From the NCBI GenBank assembly GCA_003990765.1, contig RBNJ01000100.1, forward strand, positions 1 through 41,723: DNA of 41,723 bases, given 5' to 3'. The position numbers and the translations under genes are program-made. Positions within the stretch are counted from its first letter, which is position 1. The number at the start of each line of letters is the position of its first letter. The notes under the pieces were generated by a model, which saw nothing but the letters and a program-made list of their open reading frames with translations, had not been told where the DNA came from and did not search any database. Source of the DNA: Jimgerdemannia flammicorona (taxonomy: Eukaryota). Shown here piece after piece: positions 1 to 11,455 of this stretch.

Positions 1-3000
1 CTCCCCCTATCTCTTCTCAATGAAAGACCACTTTATCAAATACCATCTTCACCTACCCACCACTCTGCTCACAGATCCCTCCCACCAGATAGCAACATTG
101 CCCACCTTGCGGACCCCATCCAACCCACCACCCTGTCAGCAAATCTGCCACCAACTCCTCCTATCTCAATAACTTCTCCCTTATCCCTATCTGTTGCCTC
201 TCCTCAAAAACAAAGAGCCAATGTCCAGCCAACCCCACCCACACTGCCACAACTCACCCTACAGTAAGCTACCTATTGCTGACACCTTCTACGAACCAAG
301 ACTCCAGATCTTCCCAGTGACCTCTCTCTCCATCTGGTCTCCTTTCAACCCCAAGTCAGTTCCCTACAGCTATCCAAAAGTTCCCCAGAACCTCACACTC
401 CTCTAGCCAATGTTCTAGTGTTTGTACAAATCCCCCAACTTGCCCAACATTATAACACTCCTCACAATCCAGCTGATCACTATCCACCAGATACTCAGCA
501 CAGAAGTTCAACATAACATTCCTCTGCAATATTCGCCACCACACTACCCAGAACTTGGGAGGAAGCCACTGCTGCACCTCCGTACTCCAAGACCAGATCC
601 CTACCCAGTCCCACTCTTCACCAATCCCCACTGCCTGCCAACTACTTGGCCAAAGATCCTGGCCAATTTGCCGCTGACACTCCACTCCATCGCCAATGTC
701 AAACTCAGCAAGTAGAACTCCCCCTAGAAGCAGACAGTCTCACTGCCACATAGCTGGACCCCATACCACCTCCCCCTCATTGCTATGCCAGTGTAGGCCT
801 ATCTGGTGCACCCCATCGACCACTCCCCACCAGAAGCCCTTATACCATAGCCTTCGGCTTCCATTCAGACCCACCAAAGAGAGTAGATCCCCTGTGGACC
901 CCTGGAGAGAGACCCTTATCTCCCACACCTTCTTCATCAATGGCACCCAACCTCTACCCTGTAGATCAACAGCCCTTCTTAACCACCAAGCTCGCAGGCA
1001 GTATAGACGCTTAGGGAAATCAACAAGGCCCAGACCTCCCCTAAGCACTGGCTCAATAAGGGTATCCCAACTGATCTGTGCCCTTCTACCAGCCCAAATC
1101 TAATCCCTAGCCAGTTTCATCAGCCTCTTCACCACTCAAGCAGGAAAGTCTAAGTGATATGCTACATACCACAGCTTGGGAAACCAGTATACATTCAGAA
1201 TTGCCACCCTCCCTGCCAGAGAGATGTGACAACCCCCCCAACCTTTTAAAGCCTCTCCCCAAATGTCCACCCTCCTCTCCCACCATATCCATGGTAGGAC
1301 TGATCCATATACAGAAAGGAAGATATCTAGGTACTGCACCACCTCTCCTGTGGGGACAATTATTCCAATGACATCCCCTCCCACTAGCCCATTCCCCAGC
1401 ACCATCATCTCACACTTATGCCAGTTGAGCTTTGCTCTAGAGTGTGCCTCATACCACTCCACTGTTTCCTGAAGAGCCTCTACATCTGCTACTGATCCAA
1501 GTCCAACTACCATATCATCTGCAAAGGCCCCCACCTTCCACTCTATGTCATACACAGAGAGCCCAGTCACCCTCTTATGGATCCTATCCATCAAAGGTTC
1601 CAAGGAGAGTACATAAAGAATAGGGGACAGTGGGTCCCCTTGAGGAACTCCTCTCCCCAAGGGGAATGCCAAACCCCTGTGACCATTACACATCAGCGCT
1701 ACTCTACTCTCTTCCAACAAACTCACCATAGAGGTCCAAAACTGTGGCGGAATGCCAATTCTGTCCAGTATCTTGTCTAACCAAACCCACTGAACACAGT
1801 TGTAGGCCTTCTCCTGGTCCAAAAAAACCAGTCTCCTATCCAGTCCACAGGCCTGGGCTCCTTCAATAATGCCATGCACCTAGGCAGTTCTATCTCTAAT
1901 ATGTAAGTCTACCACCTACAAAGCTCTGCTACTCCTCCCCCAGTACCTGTTGAGCAACCTTCTGTAGCCTTGCAACAATCACCTTAGTCACCAACTTCTG
2001 ATCTATATCCAGAAGCATGATTGGCCTCCAGTTCTTCCAATCCTCATGCCGGCCCTTATCTTTGTACAATAGGGCAACCAGCCCTAAGTCCTGCTCACCA
2101 ACCCACATGCCATTCAGAAGAACATAGTCACAGAGGGCCGCCATCTCACCCAGCATCTCTGGGACTTTCACCATCTTCTTCCAGAAGTCCCACAGTAACC
2201 CATCCTCTCCTGGCGCTGTCCCAAGCTTAGTCACTGCCAGGACACCTTGTATCTCCTCCTCCTGGACTGGTAAGATCAAGTCACCCAGCCCCTCTACCTG
2301 TGACGGCTCCCATTCCTCCAGTGTGTTACCAATCACCTCTGCATCAGCACCCCCTTCTTCCTCACTCCACAGACTCCACCAATTCTCCTTCAATACTCCC
2401 AGGATCTGCTGCATACCATGCACCAACTCTCCCTCAGCATTCAAGATCCCATCCCACCTATGCCTCACCCGCCTGGTCTTGAGGAGCCTAGACAAGTACC
2501 TAGTAGGCCGCTCCCCCTCCTCAAGCCCCTGCTATCTAAGCCTGGCTGCCATTTCTCACATATGAGTCTCCTCCTCCTCTTGCAACACCTGTTGCAGTTC
2601 TACAACTTCCAATTTCGCCCTCTCTAACCTCCAATCCTCCATCTCATCAGATGCAAGCAAATCTGCTCACTCCAACTGCAATCTCTGCAGCCTATTCGAG
2701 ACACACTGTATTTGCCTCCTCCTCCTTCTCCCTGCCTCTCTACCAGCTCCACCCCAATAAACCCTCACAGTCTCCTTCAATCTCATCCAATGGACACCCA
2801 CAGGTAAATTCTCCTGCCTCTAAAGTGGAATCTTTGCCTGTATGTCCTCTACCCATGAGTCCCACAACCCCTTCTTGGCCAGCAGGGAGGAGTTAAGACA
2901 CCAATGTCTGGGTCCATCTCCACTCTCCCCAAACTACCCCTGCCCAATCAGTCCCCAGTGATCAGACCACAGGCACCACACTACCTCCAAAGTCTTCCAG

Positions 3001-3638
3001 ATATTAGCACCCCAACATTCAGCTGTCAGAATCCAGTCAATCCTTATCCCTAAGCCATTTACCCAGTGCGTGTAGACCCTGGTGTCACCCCACCATGTTC
3101 GACCCATATCCCCTAAGGAGCTAAGATTTTCCACCTCCTCCCATGCATCTAGACCACCACTCCTCCCACCAGCATTTCTTCCTCCATCAGTCCTATCCAA
3201 CTGCAAATCGCAAACCATGTTAAAATCACTACCAAGAACATCAACCTCTTCCTCTAAGAGAATGCCCTCCTCTAGTAGCTCCTTAATCCATGCAATTCTC
3301 TCTCCCCTAGCTGCCAGGCAGTAACACGAGCCCACCCTCACTGATTCCCACCCTGGCCGGTGCCATTCACCCCAGACCAATTGATCTCCCCAGTTCTTGA
3401 TCACCTCCAAATCTCCTCTACCCTTCTTTATCAGAATCACCACCTTTCCAAACCAAGCAGTAGCCCCACCCCATTCTCTAGTCCATTCGACCCGATCATC
3501 CTCATCCTCACACCATATATCCTGCAGTAAAAAGAGATCAGCCTCCAATCCCTTTAGCCATGTAAAAATGTTCTTACGCTGCCCAGATCCTCGAAGACTA
3601 TTCACATTGAGAGAGAAAATGTTAGTTGTACTGTTCAT
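1..3638 (-). pseudogene. LINE ORF2: APE endonuclease, reverse transcriptase and zinc knuckle, with multiple stops
   Basis: EN motifs SLNVNSL, LQD, GSDFN, RIDWIL, SDH. RT motifs APGEDGL, NWRPIMLL, LDQEKAYN, GVPQGDPLSP, FADD. C-terminal CEEC..TLEHWLEEC. Confidence 0.93.
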
Positions 3639-3669
3639 TAGGAATATTGTTAAAGATTAAACCTCTCCT

Positions 3670-5694
3670 CTACAAATCTGTACTCAAGTCCTCCTGTGCT
3701 AAATCCAAGATATGTTCTGCAGCCAGTTCCTTCTTCTCAGCTCCCTGTACCTCCAATCCCTCCAGAAGTTCAACCATTGCCCCATCCTCTTTCTCCTCAA
3801 AGTTCTCTCGATACTCCCCACAGGCCTCCTGCCAGAACTGCAAACTATGGTGTTCCACCCAACAGTAGGCTGCCCTCTCACCCACAACAACCACTAGTTC
3901 CACCTTCCTCACCTCATCCACCTCATAACCCTCTTCCTCCAGTAGTATCATAAGAATCTCCATCTTCAGTGCCTCCACCACTCCCTCACCTCACAGAATC
4001 TGTGCCCAGTACTCCTCTGGCATGACCCTCAGATCCACTTCCCCCAATACCTCAGCTGCAAGGTTATCCATCACCTTGCTCATCCACAGCAGATTCCCAA
4101 TCTCCTTCCCTCCAGGGGTCCCTGGCTGCCCTGCATCCAGCATCGTAGTATCTGCACCTACACTGGCATCCTCATTCCACTCCTCTTCTGGGACATCCAC
4201 CAGCTCATCCTCACCAACAGCCACCACCTGGCCCCCTTTTACCACATCCGGGACCCCAAAGGTAACCCACTGGGCCCCCTGCATCGGTACATCTTCCACT
4301 GCCCCTCTCCGCCCCACCAGGCCCCTCCTGATAAGGAGGGGGGGGGTACCATCCGACTCCTCCTCCCAGACCTCGAAAGTACTATCTGTATAGGGATCCC
4401 TGCTCAGCACCTTCACAGTCCATTCTTCTGTCACCACTGCCTCCATTCTACCTTCGCCAGCCCATACACTGGCTTTGATGCCTCCAGACCCTTCAGCCCC
4501 ATCAACCTTCCTCTTCTCCCCTCCTGTCATACTCGCCAAGAGCTCCCTCTGCCTCAAGCGCCCCTGGGCCTGCTCCCACTGCCTCTTGTCAGTGCAGATA
4601 CACTTCCCCTCTACAATCTCTAAGTGCATTGACTCCTCAAAGAGCTTCCAGGCCTTTGCCTGCCATTCCACCGTGCCACTCATCTCTTCCAATATCTCCA
4701 ACAAATCCTCCTCCTCCTCACTCCCCTTTACCCTCGATACCTTACAAATAAAGGCCCCCCATATCAACACTGAGGGCCAGTCACCTGCCTTCCCTGTGGC
4801 CTCCCTCCCTGCCAGCCGAATCCTGATATCAACATCACCAGTCCTAATCGTCATCCCCTCCCACACCTGGAAGCCAATATCCACCACATCTCCATACTCT
4901 GCTATTACCTCCTTGACTCTCCTCCTCATCTCCTCCTTCATCACTGTGGGCACCCCCTTCACCAGCAGCTACACCACCCTGGGGTCCCACCTCAAACAGC
5001 ATACCATAGGGACCACTACCTCTCCAACTGCCACTCCTGCCCTCAGCACCTCTTCCAGTAGGCCCGCCTCCTCAAAGCCCACCTCAACTCCCTCCAGACC
5101 CTTCAGGAACTTCACCAAAGCTGCCCCAGCCACCTGCTTCGATATAAGCCCCAAGACCATCCTCGCCATCATCCCTAAGCCTTGGAAGCACAGAGTCACC
5201 ACAAACTCCGAGATTGACTTCTTGAGTAATGGTGCTACTGCCAGCCCCATCACACTATCGGCCAGGTCCCCCTTCTGCATTGGGAACCCCTGCTCCACCC
5301 TGCCATCAGCCATCACATCTCTTTTTTTTTCCTGATCCCCCATCACACTCCCATCAACAGTCACACCTCCAGCCACAGCACCATCAGCCCCTATGCTCAC
5401 TGCTCCCCCCTGAGGGCCACTCCCTCTCCTGATACTAGCCTTGCCCTTCCCCTCAGCAGCACCAACCCTTGTTCCAGTAGGCCATCCACCTGCCTTCACC
5501 TTGTTGGCAAAGCTGGAGGGACCAGACCTTCCTCTAGATTCACCAGACACCAGTCCACCTCCAGAGCTTTCTCCCACCTTCGACCCTCCAAATGCCCCCA
5601 TCCCCAGGCCATACCCCCTCCCCACCTTCTGCCAGCCAAAAGCCCCAGCTCCCCCTGACCCAGTATGCCCATCAGAACTCTTGCTCAAAGACAT
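3670..5694 (-). pseudogene. LINE ORF1 (~675 codons, two internal stops)
   Basis: ORF-track pieces 4969-5871, 3991-4962 and 3670-3981 share one frame. ATG at 5694 (MSLSKSS). Lies immediately upstream of ORF2 and is homologous to 21031-23060. Confidence 0.8.
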
Positions 5695-5792
5695 CTTGAT
5701 AGTACCTTTTCTTCTAGTTGTGTCAAAAACTGTTGCTTGAAGTTTTTGTGTAATGTGAATTGTACCTAGATGGTATGCCACTGTCATCTCCT

Positions 5793-6095
5793 TTAGTTGA
5801 CAAAGCATCTCTCTCTGTTCAAAACAAAATCTTCTAAGATATACAGAATATAATAAGTACTCTCCATACAAACAATCTCGTTTTCAGCGATCTTTAGTTG
5901 CCAAACATATTAATGGTGAATGACTGTAGGATGCTCATCAACTTTGAGTAGTGTGGTGAAGATAATAATACTAAATACCCCTTTTTGATTAGCCAAACTA
6001 TGCTTTGGCTCAATGGAGTAAAGCTTGGTACTATTATGTACAGAGTGCATGATGACTATTGGCTCAACCATATATGCAGACATTTGATAGGATAG
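5793..6095 (+). pseudogene. C-terminal half of a fungal protein-kinase-like (APH/PKL-type) gene, truncated by LINE copy 1
   Basis: Manual translation: LHTNNLVFSDL*LPNILMVNDCRMLINFE*CG..KYP, then frameshift, LW..GV..G.IM..HDDYWL. This matches the decayed LHxxxxVFGDLRxPNIL...LIDFxWCG...YP...HD kinase-like signature. Confidence 0.7.
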
Positions 6096-6660
6096 CAGGT
6101 CTATAGGTAAAATGAATTGACAGTCAACATAAACTGTTCATACATTCTTAGCATTTATCAAGAATATAGAGCAATAGATAAATATAGATGAAAGTTGTAG
6201 AGAAGTTAACAATATTGATGGTATCTTTGTAAATATATTATTTGCTTTGAAATTTAATTATAATAAAAACACAGAATACTTTGATAGCTATTTCCTTTAA
6301 TTTTTTCTCCTGTGTGGTCAGATTACTTTCTTTACTCTAACTTCAGTCATAGTTCATTTTGTAAAATAAAGATTAGTTGATACTACAATGCTCTCTTAAG
6401 GAAGAGATGGTTCTTTCGAATTCTTGAACTCATCTAAAACTCATGAACTATATAGAATTATCCCTGTATAAAATATCAACATGAAACTAATTTACATCAA
6501 ATCCATGATGGAACCAAAAAACTATAGTACTATCAGAAGCATCTTAAAAAAAGTACAAGGCAAGAAAATTGCTCTATATATTTTCAAAATATCTGATATC
6601 AAAACTATTCAAGAATATTTGGATAAAGAGAAGATTACCTATAAAAGTTACTAACATTAG

Positions 6661-7281
6661 ATGTCAATTCTAATAGAAGTATAAATCTATCTTACTAAGA
6701 AGATATTTCTAAATAAAGTTAGTAGAAATTAAATTCTAAGAAGTGAGAATTATCAGAAACATTAGAAGAATCTAGAAAAAAATAAAAATATAAGGAGTAA
6801 AAGTATATAAGAATAGTCTTATATATTCTTTAATATACTGTATAGAAGAAATTTAACAAAATTAGACAAACTGTATATAAAATATATATATATAATAAAT
6901 GACAAAAATTTAACTAAATACAAGAAAGCTCTCTACTTTTTAGAAGTAGGCTGTAACTGTGGCTGCTCAACTAAAGTTCTCAAGAAAGTATTTGCTAAGA
7001 TATATAAGGCTTTTCAAGCTCTTTCTAAGTTAGAACAAGATATCTTTTTAATGGCCCAACTCAAATATATAGATGGAGGAGTGATCAGTACTAGTTGATG
7101 TCTCAAAAACAAGATCCACATCAATAAGAGAACTATCTACTGCTGGAATCATAATATACCTCTTTGCCAAAAAACTTATCTCAATATACTGAAGATTAGT
7201 CACAATTATTTTAAAAATATCCAAAATTATTTGCTAAATAATAGTCTTCTATCACAGCTCTATAGTAATATCAAAAGGATA
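6661..7281 (+). pseudogene. Sola-type DNA transposase, segment 1 (N-terminal Cys-rich part); start approximate
   Basis: Frame from 6901: GCNCGC..FQALSKLEQDIFL..PLCQKTYLNILKIS..LYSNIKR (decayed HGNxxR). Continues in frame at 24305. Confidence 0.7.
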
Positions 7282-8156
7282 TATAAGAGGGTTACTTGTT
7301 AAAGTAACCATTATGTAGTTCTGGAAGGGTTTTCTGGAAGTTCTGGATATTCTGAAAGACTGTTTTCTTAAGATCAAGATCAATTTTATATAGAGTATAT
7401 CCTCTATACTTATTGATTTTAAAATCAGATTGACATCTTAACCAAAGTCCTTATTTAGACTAGTTCTAGATATTCAGAATTTTCCATATTTCAGAAAGTT
7501 TAAGAAACTAAGGCCAGCTTAGTTAAATTGGCATATTACTGTAGACAATACCCAATTAGGAAATTTTATGATGGGGTTAAGAGTGAGACCTAATGAAGAG
7601 TGGATTTACTTAAGAGTGATTTATGGGTTATTATATAGGTTTATTTGCTATTTATAATATTGCTATACTAGGAGTAGTTGTGTGAGGGGTATTGTGGAGA
7701 AGTGTTTAGAAATGTTCTTGTATGTTTTAGTCTGAGATTCTGAGATCTGGGGGAGAGGGTATTTATATTAGTGAGGGGCTATCTGGACTATGCTAAATAT
7801 AGATATAGCACTTAGTGCTTTGCTGAGTTAGAATATAGTCATGTAGTATAAGTATGATCTGACATATTAAGGGATCATCTAACTGCTGAGTCAGTTTATA
7901 GTCATGTCATATAAGGCTAATCTAACTATACTATGACTGCTAAGCTATCTATGATTTAGATGCTATCTGAGTAGTCTTTGATAACATTACCATTAATGAC
8001 ATTATCTCTAGTAAAGTAGTTATCTAGGAAGAGTTGTTCACAGATTAATTCTCTCTATTTGCTGAGATAATAATATATTGAGACTTCATCACTGTCCTAC
8101 AGGATAGCATCATCTGTCTCATATGCTAAATATAGAGTTAGTGGGTAAAGGAGGGG
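7282..8156 (-). mobile_element. Solo LTR C1, left part (promoter/U5 end), split by LINE copy 2
   Basis: Reverse complement of ~38500-39382. Terminus T(A)TAAG is decayed TGTAAG. TSD GGATA (7277-7281) / GGATG (24305-24309). Confidence 0.85.
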
Positions 8157-8332
8157 TTTTTTTTTTTTTTTTTTTATAGTCACTTGGACTCTTCCTTTAT
8201 TACACCCATCTATCCCATATAAGTACAGTGAACCCACTCTCTATCCAATCTCCCTAGGGGGGCCCCTCCCCCCTACCCCTTCTCGATGAAACACCACTCT
8301 ATCGAATACAATTCCCACCCTCCCACCACTCT

Positions 8333-9099
8333 TATAATAGAATGAACAGATGGGATACGACGAGACAAACAATCATGTGACCCGGCGATAATGTCATCAT
8401 ATGATCGAGCACGGCATATGAATAATGAATGAACAATGCAAAACAATGTGGAAAACAATATCCAGCTTATCCCCAATAATCGGCACCACAGCAACAGTTG
8501 CCACAGCTGCTAATTATTGCCTAGTAATTGAGGTCCTGATCACAAAGATATTCTTTACCAAAAACCATCTGACAAAGGTTGCGATCACAAACCTCATTAT
8601 AGTTACCAAATTAGTCACTCATACTTAGTCAGAAATCATGGACCAACTTGTATAAATACCCCCCAGTTTCTATCTGAAATAAAGCAGATTTAGTTCAGCC
8701 CTTGATATAAGAATCAAGTCCCCCCCACACACACACATTCCCCTGAGTCTTAGTAATGATATCTAAGTGACTCTAGTGTTTCTAACTAAACTCCAGAAGC
8801 CTAGCTAACTTCTGCCAGAACTGAGACCAGTATATAAATTCCCAAAGACTTAAGTAAACCCATTGAACCTGAATTCCAAGGCGAATTCAGTCTGTGCACA
8901 GCAAAGAACAAGACCCTTGAAATAGGGCACAAGAGAAAGACCTTTGAAAGATAAGGCACTGCTGCTACAACTACTTTAAGCAAGCACTTCCTCAAACTGA
9001 AGGCTTCTTGGTACACATTGTGTTCTAAGTCCCTAAGTAATAGTCCACTTTCCTAATTATCCAAAGGATAAGAGAGGGGTAGAAGTGAGAGTTATTACA
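8333..9099 (+). repeat. Element A 5' LTR (767 bp)
   Basis: T(A)TAATAG...TATTACA. Direct repeat of 16655-17425. TATAAATA near 8652. Confidence 0.95.
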
Positions 9100-9102
9100 A
9101 CT

Positions 9103-9117
9103 TGGTAGCAGCAGATT
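9103..9117 (+). promoter_or_regulatory. Primer-binding site, probably initiator tRNA-Met
   Basis: TGGTAGCAGCAGATT begins 3 nt after the LTR. TGGTAGC is the usual tRNAi-Met complement. Confidence 0.7.
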
Positions 9118-11039
9118 ACCAGCCAAGAAGATATCAAAGAACATACTCCTGAAGTTGGAACAAGACCAACCTTGGACAGGAGTAACCCCCAGAAACAACT
9201 GTGGATCCTCAAACCAGAGCCAGAGAAGCCCTTGCCATTAGGACCAGGTGGTACCAGGAAACCACAGATACAGAGACCCATCAGCTTGTAATTGACCAGG
9301 CTTACAAGGATCTATACCAGGCCTTTAGGACATACCACCCAGGACTTAGGAATATTGTTAGCTACCATAGATTCTACAAACTCCTCTGAGGACACATTGG
9401 AACCACTAGGACCCCAGAATCTACTACTGCAGCCACCCAGGATTTTTTAGATTATATCACACCCCCTGCTGCAAGAGAAGCAGCTGCCAAGTGGATTGTC
9501 TCTGACAGATATCATCATACCCCTACCAAGACCTCCCTCTACTACAGGCTAGTTGTATACTACACCTCTACTATAACTAGGTATGAAAACAAGTAAGCAG
9601 ACCACCCATCCCCTACTGCTGAATAAGGAGCAGGTCCATCTACCCAGTCAGAGACTGATATCCTCTTTGAAGGACCTAGTCAGTACAAGGACACACTATC
9701 TCATCAGGAAAGGGAGTCAGATGAAGACTCTATAGGTTACCAGTCTGACAATAGCCAATGAGGAACAGTAGGCCTAGGAATTTACTAAGGAACTACAGGT
9801 CAAGAAGATCAGACCCCAGAATCAACTCAGTCACCTATACAGCAGTTTGGTTTACCCTCTCTCATAGGACTCTTTGACTTAATATCCGGGAATCAAGTAA
9901 CCCCAAGTCATACAGCACTACAACCCCACCAAGCAGAACAATCTTCAGGAGAATCTACCCCAACAGGCCCACCATCACTAGTCAATACAATGGTAGATGT
10001 CAACATTGCAGTACTGACCACCCAGCTAGCAGCACTAGCAGGGATAGTAGGACAGATTGCTGAACAGAACAAATCAACCAAGACCTTGCAAATTCCAACA
10101 TTCAGTAGAAAAAACAGTGACATCGAAAACTTCATTAATGCAGTTGACACAGGCTACCGAGCAAACCAATGGAATGACAACCGAGTACCTATAGGAATGC
10201 TCACCAACAACCAGAACAGCACCCTTCAACAGCTGTTTGCCACATCAGCAGCACAAGTAGAAACAGTAGCCACATTCTTCACTGAAACAGCAGCTGAATT
10301 CTGGCAAACCTTGGAACAACACCCAGTAACCTGGGAAGCCTGCCCTCAAGTCAATAGACAAGTACCTGGCAACAATAGACCAGGTTGGGATAACTATGAA
10401 ACAGGCCCAGAACTCAAGGCCTTGCTACTGACCAAATTCTGAAATGTAGCCTATATACAAGAAACTTGGAACAAACTGTCCCAGATGAAGTTCCACAAGA
10501 ATGATGAAGAAGATCTAGAGACCTTTGCCACTAGAATGGATACATATCTCAAAACAGTTGGACTTACCTATCAGGAGAACAATTTGGCCATCAATGGTAT
10601 CAGAGCCAATCATCTCTTTGCAGCCCTATCAGACTGGCTCACCCAGAAGATCAAGGAACAAGGTCTTCCTCAAGGATGCCCCCACTACTCATAGTGCTTT
10701 GCCCAAGTACAAAGAAGAGCCCGCAAAATCCTTACTGCACAAGCTTCACGAAATCAAGAATACAAGAAGGATAACCAAGATAGAAGAAATCCTACCAGGA
10801 GGAATGACCAAAGATATAATCAAAGTTATGATCAAAGGAATCAGCGAAACCCCAGAGGACCCAGACCTCCCACTGAGGATGAGAAGAAGCAGCTCTGTGA
10901 AAAAGGATTATGCTTCATCTGTAAGAAGGCAGGACACATCTCAGTCAAATGCCCCAAGAAGAGAAACAGATCAGGTGAACTCAGTAACCAGAACATTACT
11001 GTCATTGGAGAAGGTCCAGGAAAGAAGAATCCCAAGAAT

Positions 11040-11455
11040 GTCATCAAAGTATAGAAGATATGGTATAAGGCTACCACCCCCACTAAGGCCCACCCAACTG
11101 ATGCTGGATATGATCTCTACAGTAGCCAAGACCTCACCATCCCACCAAGCACCAATGCTACAGTGCGAACAGGAATTGCAATGCAAGCTCCCAAAGGAAC
11201 ATACATCTGCCTTGCTGAGCAAAGTAGCCTAGCCAAAGAGTTCAATATTGGGCTAGGTGGAGGAGTAGTTGACTAAGGATTTACTGGTGAAATCCATGTC
11301 ATCTTGCAAAATTTTGAAGACACCTCATTTGAAGTCAAAACAGGCCAAAGGATTGCCCAAGCAATCATTGAAGAAATCTGTCAAGATCTCACCATTGAAG
11401 AAGTCCCTGAACTCTCCCAGACAGACCATGGCAAGAAAGGGTTTGGATCTACCAA
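11040..11455 (+). pseudogene. dut: Trimeric dUTPase domain between gag and protease of element A
   Basis: All five motifs: DAGYDL, EQSSLA (decayed RSGLA), GVVD*GFTGEI, RIAQ, HGKKGFGST. Confidence 0.93.

Larger units (their letters stand above)
1..5790 (-). mobile_element. Non-LTR retrotransposon (L1/Tx1-clade LINE), copy 1, degenerate; 3' end runs about 110 bp off the left edge
   Basis: ORF1 followed by ORF2 with APE endonuclease, RT and C-terminal CCHC. Colinear with copy 2 (positions 1-66 match 8267-8332). The 5' boundary is approximate. Confidence 0.93.

Noticed and set aside
4022-5740. Long + strand Ser/Pro/Thr-rich ORFs (also 21108-22974)
   Set aside because: Antisense shadows of the G/A-rich LINE ORF1, with no domain signal.
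6100-6660. Terminal inverted repeats of the Sola element and a short ORF at ~6388-6655
   Set aside because: No convincing TIR partner near 39900-40050 could be found by eye. The ORF has stops and no recognisable motif.
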